Shown here piece by piece: positions 9,617 to 16,272 of a DNA stretch of 64,000 bases. Source of the stretch: a virus; the IMG/VR virus record IMGVR_UViG_3300045988_084761; one strand, 5' to 3'. The translations under genes were made by a program, and so were the position numbers. Numbering within the stretch: the stretch's first letter is position 1; every line of letters begins with the position of its first letter. The notes under the pieces were generated by a model. That model made no database searches. It saw only the letters and a list, made by a program, of their open reading frames with translations, and had not been told where the DNA came from.

Positions 9617-9906
9617 TGAATCGCAGACTGACGGCGAAACAGCCGCGTTCCCGCAGAAATGAAGCGATTAGGAATTGTCCTGCTATTGATGACGATAAGT
9701 ATAAGATTGCGGGAGTGGCGATTAAGGGTGAGCGTGAAATTCCCTTTAAAGAGATTTATGAAGTAAAAGGGTTCGTTCATGTGGGCAGATTTAAAACTGC
9801 GGCCCAGGTTCTTCATGCTCTTGATGTTATTTACGCGGCCATGGAGACCGGTAAAGGTAATCCAGATACCAAAGGCTGGATTTTTAAGAAAGTTGAAAAA
9901 CAATAA
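9616..9906 (+). CDS. hypothetical protein (96 aa)
   Basis: Start overlaps the upstream stop. Its 3' end lies inside the 45-bp repeat. Confidence 0.45.
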   Translation: MNRRLTAKQPRSRRNEAIRNCPAIDDDKYKIAGVAIKGEREIPFKEIYEVKGFVHVGRFKTAAQVLHALDVIYAAMETGKGNPDTKGWIFKKVEKQ

Positions 9907-9930
9907 AAAATATTGTATAATATTTATGTG
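9886..9930 (+). repeat. 45-bp repeat / variant promoter (TTGAAAAACAATAAAAAATATTGTATAATATTTAT), copy 1 of 3
   Basis: Near-identical copies at 9886, 10496 and 11877. Each includes the last codons (EKQ*) of an ORF and an extended -10, and is followed by hairpins and tRNA genes. Confidence 0.6.
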
Positions 9931-9991
9931 AGTTGTTCTGTTGCAGCAGAACTTATAAGCCGCAAGTGAGGGCTTTATACTCACTTTTATA

Positions 9992-10087
9992 TCCCGCGGT
10001 AGCTCAACGGTAGAGCAGCCGGCTTATACCCGGTATTAGCGCCAGATTAGCGTGAGGTTTGGGGTTCGAATCCCTGGCGCGGGACCA
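9992..10087 (+). tRNA. tRNA-like gene, anticodon loop CTTATAC (UAU, Ile-type), unusually long (~96 nt)
   Basis: Acceptor tcccgcg/cgcggga plus CCA; D-arm gctcaacggtagagc; AC stem gccgg/ccggt; T-loop TTCGAAT. There are ~25 extra nt (attagcgccagattagcgtgag) with no obvious variable-arm stem. Confidence 0.45.
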
Positions 10088-10149
10088 TAGGCGTAACGCT
10101 GCACGCCCTCGAAAGAGGTATCACAGAAGGCACATATAGCAAAGTTATT

Positions 10150-10223
10150 TTCCGAATAGTCTAATGGTTGGACGTTTTAATTGAAATAAAAAGTTATGGG
10201 TTCGAATCCCATTTTGGAAGCCA
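10150..10223 (+). tRNA. tRNA, anticodon UGA (Ser-type anticodon) but class-I architecture (4-nt variable loop)
   Basis: Acceptor ttccgaa/tttggaa, G73, CCA encoded; AC stem tttta/taaaa with loop ATTGAAA; T-arm atggg-TTCGAAT-cccat. Confidence 0.5.
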
Positions 10224-10301
10224 TCTAGTGCCTTGAAATTATTTGAAAAACTTTTATAAATATGATATAATATTTATAGAAAGTGAGAGAGGAAGTTGTT
10301 T

Positions 10302-10511
10302 ATGGATAAGAAATTATATCTGGCGCAACTCGCCGCTAAGGCTATGTCCTGTTACAGCGATGAAGATGTAGTTTGTGATAGCCTTTGGCTTATGAATGGC
10401 GGCATTGGTGGGCCAGAGGAACAGTGGGAAAACTTTCTCAAGGTTTTTAAGGATACCTTTGGTATTTCCTATGATGAAGCTAAACAACTGAATCTTTTTG
10501 AAAAACAATAA
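10302..10511 (+). CDS. hypothetical protein (69 aa)
   Basis: ATG after the leader motif tgatataatatttatagaaagtgagagaggaag. Its 3' end lies in repeat copy 2. Confidence 0.45.
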   Translation: MDKKLYLAQLAAKAMSCYSDEDVVCDSLWLMNGGIGGPEEQWENFLKVFKDTFGISYDEAKQLNLFEKQ

Positions 10512-10540
10512 AAAATATGTTATAATATTTATATAAGGCA
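10496..10540 (+). repeat. 45-bp repeat / variant promoter, copy 2
   Basis: ttgaaaaacaataaaaaatatgttataatatttat. Confidence 0.6.
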
Positions 10541-10612
10541 GATACAGCAAATTATTTACAAATAAAACGCTTATTTTGGTTTAAGAAAGTTTATTTATTC
10601 TGCCTTGAGCTT

Positions 10613-10627
10613 GGGTCGGTAGCTCAG
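10613..10627 (+). pseudogene. 5' tRNA fragment (acceptor + D-arm gggtcggtagctcag) without a matching 3' half
   Basis: tRNA-like 5' sequence immediately upstream of the HNH gene. No T-arm or 3' acceptor follows. Confidence 0.3.
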
Positions 10628-10701
10628 AAAAATTTTTGGGTAAAGTGAGCTAAAGATAATTCACTAATTCTTATATATTATATAAAGGAGAGTGAATTGT
10701 T

Positions 10702-11223
10702 ATGCCGACAGCGTTGGATTTAACTGGACAAAAATTTGGAGCATTAACAGCAGTTTCAAAAGCTCCAAGTAGAAGTGGTAAAACATATTGGGTATGTAGA
10801 TGTGAATGTGGGAACGAGAAAGAAGTTTAGACAGGTCATTTAACTTCTGGAGCTATTTAGAGCTGCGGATGTAAGTAGCATTTAAAGAAAAATAGTGGAA
10901 AAAATGTAGTTAATTTTAGAAAACGAATTAAGCTAGCATTGGTGGAAGGTTTTTCTCATAAATGCTCTTACTGCGGATTGCGGGATGCACCTCAGTTATA
11001 CGACTTTCATCACGTTGACCCATCTACAAAAAGTTTTGGTATCGCAAATTCTTCTACTACAAGAAGTAAATAGGCTTATGCAGATGAAGCAAAAAAGTGT
11101 ATAATGCTATGTGCTAATTGTCACAGAAGAATTGAAAATGGTCTAATTTCTTTAGATGATTTTACGCCAATCTTATTTGATGAAGAGAAGTATTTCAAAA
11201 CTCTTGAGGATTTGATTTCATAA
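10702..11223 (+). CDS. HNH homing endonuclease (173 aa) with 4 in-frame TAG codons
   Basis: CRCECGNEKEV*TGHLTSGAI*SCGCK, a CX2C...SCGC zinc motif. HHVD...CANCHRR (HNH). RBS aaaggag. Frame is intact only if TAG is sense. Confidence 0.7.
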
Positions 11224-11233
11224 TCCTCAATAT

Positions 11234-11307
11234 GGATCGCTAGTTCATCGGTAGAACGCAAGGCTGTTAACCTTGATAGCATGGTTCAACTCCATGGCGA
11301 TCCGCCA
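11234..11307 (+). tRNA. tRNA-Asn (GUU)
   Basis: ggatcgc/gcgatcc acceptor; AC loop CTGTTAA; T-arm catgg-TTCAACT-ccatg; CCA encoded. Confidence 0.8.
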
Positions 11308-11433
11308 GAGTCAAGTTTGTGAGTAGCGTCGTGACTTTAACCCTAAACTCTCAATTCGTCCACTGCGAAGGAAAATAAAAGGCTGGCCCAATAGAGCGAC
11401 GGGTGGTTCTGAAACAAATAGTTGCTCTTTTAT

Positions 11434-11510
11434 GTTCTCGTGGCGCAATAGGCAGACGCGCGTGGCTTAGAACCACGATGTTGCGAGTTCGACTCTCGCC
11501 GAGAACACCA
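11434..11510 (+). tRNA. tRNA, anticodon UAG (Leu-type anticodon) with class-I (short variable loop) architecture
   Basis: gttctcg/cgagaac acceptor, A73, CCA; AC cgtgg-CTTAGAA-ccacg; T-arm gcgag-TTCGACT-ctcgc; 3-bp D-stem with an 11-nt D-loop. Confidence 0.6.
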
Positions 11511-11560
11511 AAGAAGAGTCGCGAAAGGATCTGTCCAGAAAAAATTTGTATCACAAGAAC

Positions 11561-11594
11561 TTCCGGTGTAGCTCAGTTTAACCGTCTGGCCGGC
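11561..11594 (+). pseudogene. possible truncated tRNA remnant (ccggtgtagctcagttt...ccgg)
   Basis: D-arm-like sequence with no T-arm or acceptor. Confidence 0.2.
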
Positions 11595-11608
11595 TCTTCT
11601 ATTTATAT

Positions 11609-11695
11609 GCACCTGTGGTGGAATTGGCAGACACGACAGCTTGAGGGGCTGTTATTCGAAAGAGTGTGCAGGTTCGAGTCCTGTCAGGTGCACCA
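11609..11695 (+). tRNA. tRNA-Leu (GAG), class II
   Basis: gcacctg/caggtgc acceptor, A73, CCA; AC loop TTGAGGG; long variable arm; T-arm cagg-TTCGAGT-cctg. Confidence 0.8.
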
Positions 11696-11799
11696 TGGTT
11701 TCTACTGATTTTCCATGACCAATAAGTCAGAAGTGTGATATATGCGAACGACGAGGCGCAAAGCGCACGGGGTGCGTACGACCCTTCCTCGCCTTATTT

Positions 11800-11876
11800 G
11801 GTGGCGTAGTTCAGTAGGCTAGAACGTCGGCCTGTCACGCCGAAGGTCACGGGTTCAAACCCCGTCGTCATCGCCA
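11800..11876 (+). tRNA. tRNA-Asp (GUC)
   Basis: ggtggcg/cgtcatc acceptor; AC tcggc-CTGTCAC-gccga; T-loop TTCAAAC; CCA. Confidence 0.8.
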
Positions 11877-11915
11877 ATTTGAAAAACAATAAAAAATATT
11901 GTATAATATTTATAC
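11877..11915 (+). repeat. 45-bp repeat / variant promoter, copy 3
   Basis: ttgaaaaacaataaaaaatattgtataatatttat. Confidence 0.55.
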
Positions 11916-12089
11916 AAGGTTGAGAAAGAACAAGGTATCGCAAGTCGTATATAGGCAGCGATAGCGCGCAAGTGAACCAGCAATGCGGTGTCCCTTCGGG
12001 TTGATGCCTGGCACATTGGACTGTAGTAGCCGATAAATTAGAGCGTAGTTCTCCTTGATTGACACGACCAATCATCTTAACTATAGTAT
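11916..12089 (+). ncRNA. candidate structured ncRNA (~170 nt) transcribed from the variant promoter
   Basis: No ORF. GC-balanced with many short helices. Sits between the promoter copy and tRNA-Ala. Confidence 0.25.
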
Positions 12090-12165
12090 GGGGCATTAGC
12101 TCAGTTGGGAGAGCGCCTGCCTTGCAAGCAGGAGGTCACGAGTTCGACCCTCGTATGTTCCACCA
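12090..12165 (+). tRNA. tRNA-Ala (UGC)
   Basis: ggggcat/atgttcc acceptor; AC cctgc-CTTGCAA-gcagg; T-arm acgag-TTCGACC-ctcgt; CCA. Confidence 0.8.
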
Positions 12166-12374
12166 TAGGTATCTACTAACAATTATACATATGATACCAT
12201 CTAATGATTACAGGTTTTTATTGATTTCATTGCCATAAAACAATAGGGCATTACCTATTTCCGCCCTCAATAGAAATAGGTGGTTTTCAGTGACGCCGCT
12301 GTTCACCAACTGGAAGAAAAGTTAGTATCTTAATAAAGTAGATGATAGAGATAAGATACTAAAAGTGCGTACTT

Positions 12375-12449
12375 GGCCCGGTAGTCAAGTGGTAAAGACG
12401 CTGGCCTTTCACGCCAGAAGCACGGGTTCGAATCCCGTCCGGGTCACCA
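12375..12449 (+). tRNA. tRNA-Glu (UUC)
   Basis: ggcccgg/ccgggtc acceptor; AC ctggc-CTTTCAC-gccag; T-loop TTCGAAT; CCA. Confidence 0.8.
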
Positions 12450-12481
12450 TAAATCAATAGGAAAAGGAGATAAATCTTATT

Positions 12482-12721
12482 ATGAAGAATGTTCACGGGA
12501 AGTTCAATTCTTTTGTCGCACTCGGTCAGGCCCTCGGTATTAAGTGTACGGTTGAAGCTGAGAAGGTACATAAGTGCCCTAATTGCGGGAATGAGCTTCG
12601 CAAGGTTGGTAACACAAATGTTTATGTTTGTGATTACGGAACTCTTGAGGATACAGATTTGAAGGGAACTCCCGTGCAGGTGCTCACAAAGTGTGGCACT
12701 ATTGAGATTGACAATACTTAA
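12482..12721 (+). CDS. small zinc-ribbon protein (79 aa)
   Basis: CPNCGNE...VCDYG. RBS aaaggag. Confidence 0.5.
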   Translation: MKNVHGKFNSFVALGQALGIKCTVEAEKVHKCPNCGNELRKVGNTNVYVCDYGTLEDTDLKGTPVQVLTKCGTIEIDNT

Positions 12722-12729
12722 ATAAGTGG

Positions 12730-12759
12730 AGACCTAAGCAAGTCGATAAACTGCTTGTT
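12730..12759 (+). repeat. conserved hairpin element AGACCTAAGCAAGTCnnnAAACTGCTT, copy 1 of 2
   Basis: Same element at 21489-21517. Both follow an ORF stop and precede a tRNA. Stem aagca/tgctt. Confidence 0.5.
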
Positions 12760-12763
12760 ATAT

Positions 12764-12840
12764 GGCGCCTTCCTCTAAATGGCATAGGAAGCCGGAACCT
12801 CACTCCGGCAATATGAGTTCGAATCTCATAGGCGTCACCA
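12764..12840 (+). tRNA. atypical tRNA with a non-canonical anticodon arm (6-bp stem gccgga/tccggc with loop ACCTCAC, or 5-bp stem with a 9-nt loop). Anticodon ambiguous (CUC?)
   Basis: ggcgcct/aggcgtc acceptor, A73, CCA; T-arm atgag-TTCGAAT-ctcat; D-stem tcct/agga. Confidence 0.5.
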
Positions 12841-13127
12841 GACGTATGGACTCCACGGCTCAACGGAGAAAACGGGTCTTTCTTGTGCGTAGAGTATGGT
12901 ACGGCAAGAATATAATTATTAATTGGCACGCCCTTGCTTTATAAAGTGAAACGGTTCCGGCTGATACATCCAGCGGAGGGGCGCAAGAGTACCGTGACTA
13001 TTAGAGTTATTTCAAAATGTGAAGTATGTGAGGCGTGGGCCAGGAGTGGCAATGCAGACCAACTTAGAAGCGTCTAGGCATTGAGTAACAGAAATATATT
13101 TTGATTATAGCTCTAATAGTTGTATAT

Positions 13128-13202
13128 CGCAGAGAGGGTGTTGGTTCCCTGTCGAGTCTCATAAACTCGATTACGTGAGTTCGATTCTCACCTCTGCACC
13201 CA
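13128..13202 (+). tRNA. tRNA-Met (CAU), initiator-like (C1·A72 mismatch)
   Basis: cgcagag/ctctgca acceptor with C1:A72 unpaired; AC loop CTCATAA; T-arm gtgag-TTCGATT-ctcac; CCA. Confidence 0.7.
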
Positions 13203-13451
13203 TAAAAGACTGACACATTGGGAACCTATTTCTGAGACGCTTACGAGCCTCTCAAGTGCGATAATAGGCTGTCAGAAGGGCACTACCATTTTAAATATTC
13301 GACAAGGAGGTAATAAAATGATGGATATTGATGATTTCATTTTCGCAGAAACAGAAGTTATCCCAAGCAATAGGTAAGATAACTTATATGTTCAATGCGG
13401 CCACCGAGAGGTGTTGGTTCCAAGCCCATGAAACGCAGAGGAAACATATTT

Positions 13452-13543
13452 GGAGGGGTGGCAGAGTGGTTGAATGCAAGGGATTGCTAATCCCTCGGCC
13501 ATAGAAATGTGACCCGGAGGTTCGAATCCTCTCCCCTTCGCCA
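13452..13543 (+). tRNA. tRNA-Ser (GCU), class II
   Basis: ggagggg/ccccttc acceptor; AC aggga-TTGCTAA-tccct; long variable arm; T-loop TTCGAAT; CCA. Confidence 0.8.
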
Positions 13544-13576
13544 ATCGCCAATCGGGACAGACACTGTTGTATATGC

Positions 13577-13770
13577 CGGCCGCATATAAACGAGGCGATT
13601 TGTGTTAATAGCGAAAACCGACTAAGCTATTCCGTTCGCTTGCGGCGATAATACAAGCAACTTAATAAGTCCGACAAGTTTGGTGGTACTGCTGCGGACG
13701 CCAAGAGGGACAGGGGGCCAAAACCACAAGACAGAGGAATGGGTTCGATTCCCATGCGGCCGGCGATTAG
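13577..13770 (+). other. tRNA-like element: 9-11 bp terminal helix (gccggccgcat/atgcggccggc) enclosing ~165 nt and a T-arm (atggg-TTCGATT-cccat)
   Basis: The T-arm stacks directly on the 3' strand of the terminal helix. No recognisable D- or anticodon arm. Not the tmRNA, which is at 16273. Confidence 0.3.
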
Positions 13771-13853
13771 GCTGGCGGTTGGTGTATAGTGTGGAAACGA
13801 GCATACTGTCAATCTTCTTTAACCTGGGCCGAGGTTTATATCGGCTATTATAT

Positions 13854-13929
13854 GCTGGATTAGCTCAATAGGTAGAGCAATCGCCTTGTAAGCGATAGGT
13901 TAAGAGTTCGAGTCTCTTATCCAGCTCCA
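13854..13929 (+). tRNA. tRNA-Thr (UGU)
   Basis: gctggat/atccagc acceptor; AC atcgc-CTTGTAA-gcgat; T-arm aagag-TTCGAGT-ctctt; CCA. Confidence 0.8.
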
Positions 13930-14122
13930 GCCTCGGCAGAGGCGTTTAAACGCGGCAATGGAGTGATTCCTCCTACCTGTAAGATATTGTGGCCGCTTTA
14001 TCAAGCAGTCCGTATGGTAAACCGAGTCGGATAGGGTTGGATAGGGCGCAGAGAATTGTACCGCCAATTCCGAGTGCAAAGGCCGGAGGCCAATACCTGA
14101 TATTAAAATCTATTGCCAATAT

Positions 14123-14199
14123 GTTGTGCGTAGCTTAACTGGTAGAGCATCAGATTGTGACTCTGAAAGGTGCGAGTTCAAACCTCGTCGTACACCCCA
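14123..14199 (+). tRNA. tRNA-His (GUG) with encoded G-1 and C73
   Basis: G-1 present; AC tcaga-TTGTGAC-tctga; T-loop TTCAAAC; C73 followed by CCA. Confidence 0.7.
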
Positions 14200-14261
14200 T
14201 AGACCTATTCAGCAATCTTAATATATTTTTGATAATATATGGCCAAAGGGGGTCTAGTAAA

Positions 14262-14420
14262 ATGGATTTAAAAACTATAAAGCGAGTTCAAAAGAAATCT
14301 CCAGAGGAGTTGCAAGAATATCTCCATTTTAAACGGAGAGGCTCTATAACAAGGGCAAAGAAAGGAAAGGGTTCCTTTAATAGAAAACTCAAGCACAAAA
14401 ATCTTTTTGAAATTTTTTAA
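14262..14420 (+). CDS. small basic protein (52 aa)
   Basis: ATG after the RBS aaaggggg. Lys/Arg-rich. Confidence 0.35.
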   Translation: MDLKTIKRVQKKSPEELQEYLHFKRRGSITRAKKGKGSFNRKLKHKNLFEIF

Positions 14421-14424
14421 TATT

Positions 14425-14472
14425 TATTATATAATATATATAGAAAGTTAAGGAAAGGATGTTTGAGTTTTA
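14425..14472 (+). promoter_or_regulatory. conserved promoter/leader motif copy
   Basis: ttattatataatatatatagaaagttaaggaaaggatg. Confidence 0.6.
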
Positions 14473-14748
14473 ATGATTATTGCTTCTGCAATTAAATTTT
14501 TTCCCCATTTCGGCGAATACCCCGTGATTATTTGCGGGAAGCGCCATGCAGATTGCTTTGAGGAGGCATATCAAATGGGGTATGAGTGGGATAAAGAAGA
14601 TTTAGTTCAGGGATTCTTGACTGATGATTCTAGGTTCCTTGATAGGTACGATGCAAAGCATGAGGCCCGCAAATGTAGGCAGTTAATTGTTGACGACGAT
14701 AAGTATCGAGAGCTTTTCAGCGAAGATATGTGGCCTGAAGAGGGTTAA
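14473..14748 (+). CDS. hypothetical protein (91 aa)
   Basis: ORF directly after the leader motif. Confidence 0.5.
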   Translation: MIIASAIKFFPHFGEYPVIICGKRHADCFEEAYQMGYEWDKEDLVQGFLTDDSRFLDRYDAKHEARKCRQLIVDDDKYRELFSEDMWPEEG

Positions 14749-14853
14749 GGTTGGCTACAGAGCCTATAAACCCTGTAGTGCGCGAGTACGAGAGAAGGAC
14801 GCGCCAGAAAAATATTCTTTTCCTTTCGGGTTGGCGAAACATCCAACCAAAAT

Positions 14854-14930
14854 GCGTGTGTAGCTCAGCAGGCTAGAGCACCTGCCTTTTAAGCAGGGAG
14901 TCGCGAGTTCGAATCTCGCCACACGCACCA
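14854..14930 (+). tRNA. tRNA-Lys (UUU)
   Basis: gcgtgtg/cacacgc acceptor; AC cctgc-CTTTTAA-gcagg; T-arm gcgag-TTCGAAT-ctcgc; CCA. Confidence 0.8.
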
Positions 14931-15127
14931 CTATACTCTCGCTTTGCGTAGAGGTGACTTTTAGAGGACGGTTACTGCTTCTTTGACAGGGTTTCAAGAT
15001 GTAAACTCTAAGAGCAGAAGCGGCGCACAGGCTTTGTGGTTCCTATGGGCGTGAAAGTATGAGGAACACCTCTTATGATGGGTTTGGTGGTTCGATCCTG
15101 TTGTAAGGGGAAAACCACCACTAATAT

Positions 15128-15203
15128 GCAGGATTAGTGTCAGCGGCTAGCACGTCTGCCTTCCAAGCAGAAAGGGCCGGTTCGAATCCGGTATCTTGCT
15201 CCA
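15128..15203 (+). tRNA. tRNA-Gly (UCC)
   Basis: gcaggat/atcttgc acceptor; AC tctgc-CTTCCAA-gcaga; T-loop TTCGAAT; CCA. Confidence 0.8.
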
Positions 15204-15512
15204 TTTCTGCAATATTGCGGAAAACTCTTTCTCGGAGAAGTATAGAGAGAAGCCATGCCATCCTTTGGCAGAAAGGTTGAAGGTATTGCCGGGTGTCAAA
15301 AAACCTTAATGTTAGCGGACATAACGCTAGGCTGTTGTCGAGGTATGCCTAAAGGCCTCAGACTGAGGAAGTGGTTCTCCTCAATGCGGGTGACGCCGAA
15401 ACGAACCAACTGAGAGTTGAGGGAATGGTTGAAGAGGAGCTCTAAGCAGAGGAAGATAAGATTGTGGTGCCATTCGTGGTTACTTAACGAGCTGTGTAAA
15501 CTCTCTTTATCT

Positions 15513-15589
15513 ACTTCGGTAGTTCAGCTGGCTAGAATCCTCGACTGATAATCGAGAGGTCGTGAGTTCAAGTCTCACCCGGAGTACCA
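15513..15589 (+). tRNA. tRNA-Ile (GAU)
   Basis: acttcgg/ccggagt acceptor; AC ctcga-CTGATAA-tcgag; T-loop TTCAAGT; CCA. Confidence 0.8.
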
Positions 15590-15670
15590 GAATTCGGTTC
15601 TCTTTTCTATGATGAATTTGTTTGGTTCTCTTTTCATCCAGTTTGCGGTCTGGTCAAAACCGTATTATAT

Positions 15671-15744
15671 AAGGCGGTCGGTTAATGGTAAACCAATGCT
15701 CTCCAAAAGCATGACTGTAGGTTCGAGTCCTACCCGTCTTGCCA
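15671..15744 (+). tRNA. tRNA-Trp (CCA)
   Basis: aaggcgg/ccgtctt acceptor; AC atgct-CTCCAAA-agcat; T-arm gtagg-TTCGAGT-cctac; CCA. Confidence 0.8.
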
Positions 15745-15765
15745 ATATAAAGGAGGTTGATAAAA

Positions 15766-15999
15766 ATGGTAATGGATATTAACATCAAGAGTGCCAATGA
15801 TGTTGAACGTCTAAATACCGTAGCGAGTAAAACTCCAGATGTGCTTTGGGTTCATTCTAACGATGGTATGATTATGGTTGATGCTCGCAGTCTCCTTGGT
15901 TTGTTTGCCTTGATTGGCAAACCATGCAAGTTAGTTGCAGAAGATAGCACAGATTATAAAGTGCTTGCCAAGGTGGCAAAGAAGGCCGGGGTAGCTTAA
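15766..15999 (+). CDS. hypothetical protein (77 aa)
   Basis: ATG 9 nt after AGGAGG. The track ORF begins at an upstream TTG. Confidence 0.5.
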   Translation: MVMDINIKSANDVERLNTVASKTPDVLWVHSNDGMIMVDARSLLGLFALIGKPCKLVAEDSTDYKVLAKVAKKAGVA

Positions 16000-16010
16000 C
16001 CCCATCATTT

Positions 16011-16087
16011 GCCCCAGTAGCTCAGTTGGAAAGAGCACGCGCCTTCTAAGCGCGGTGTCAGGGGTTCGAGTCCCTTCTGGGGTGCCA
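16011..16087 (+). tRNA. tRNA-Arg (UCU)
   Basis: gccccag/ctggggt acceptor; AC cgcgc-CTTCTAA-gcgcg; T-loop TTCGAGT; CCA. Confidence 0.8.
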
Positions 16088-16093
16088 ATTTAT

Positions 16094-16170
16094 GGGCGAG
16101 TAGCTTACGCGGTCGGAGCGCTGGTCTGAAAAACCAGAGGATGGTGGTTCGACACCACTCTCGCCCACCA
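16094..16170 (+). tRNA. tRNA-Phe (GAA)
   Basis: gggcgag/ctcgccc acceptor; AC ctggt-CTGAAAA-accag; T-loop TTCGACA; CCA. Confidence 0.8.
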
Positions 16171-16272
16171 GCCGAATATCGGCATTATTATTTAGTTTTT
16201 ATAGACAATTCCTCTTGTATTTATAGAATCTAGAGTTCAATTCTTTCTACAATTAGCAAGAGGAACCTATAT

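Noticed and set aside
11351-11708. Track ORFs on both strands across 11351-11708 (and similarly 13622-13871, 14764-14997, 19963-20532, 12359-12929)
   Set aside because: They coincide with well-folded tRNA genes and have no RBS. The GC-rich tRNA sequence simply lacks stops.
13577-13770. Possibility that the 13577-13770 tRNA-like element is the tmRNA
   Set aside because: A convincing tmRNA with the canonical 5' GGGGC...TTCGACGGGG and 3' ...CCACCA lies at 16273-16588. The candidate tag frame here ends IIQAT rather than xLAA.
15204-15510. rRNA fragment or protein-coding gene in the 300-nt gap between tRNA-Gly and tRNA-Ile
   Set aside because: No ORF with an RBS, and no similarity to conserved 16S/23S/5S motifs. 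Kept only as a candidate ncRNA in findings.
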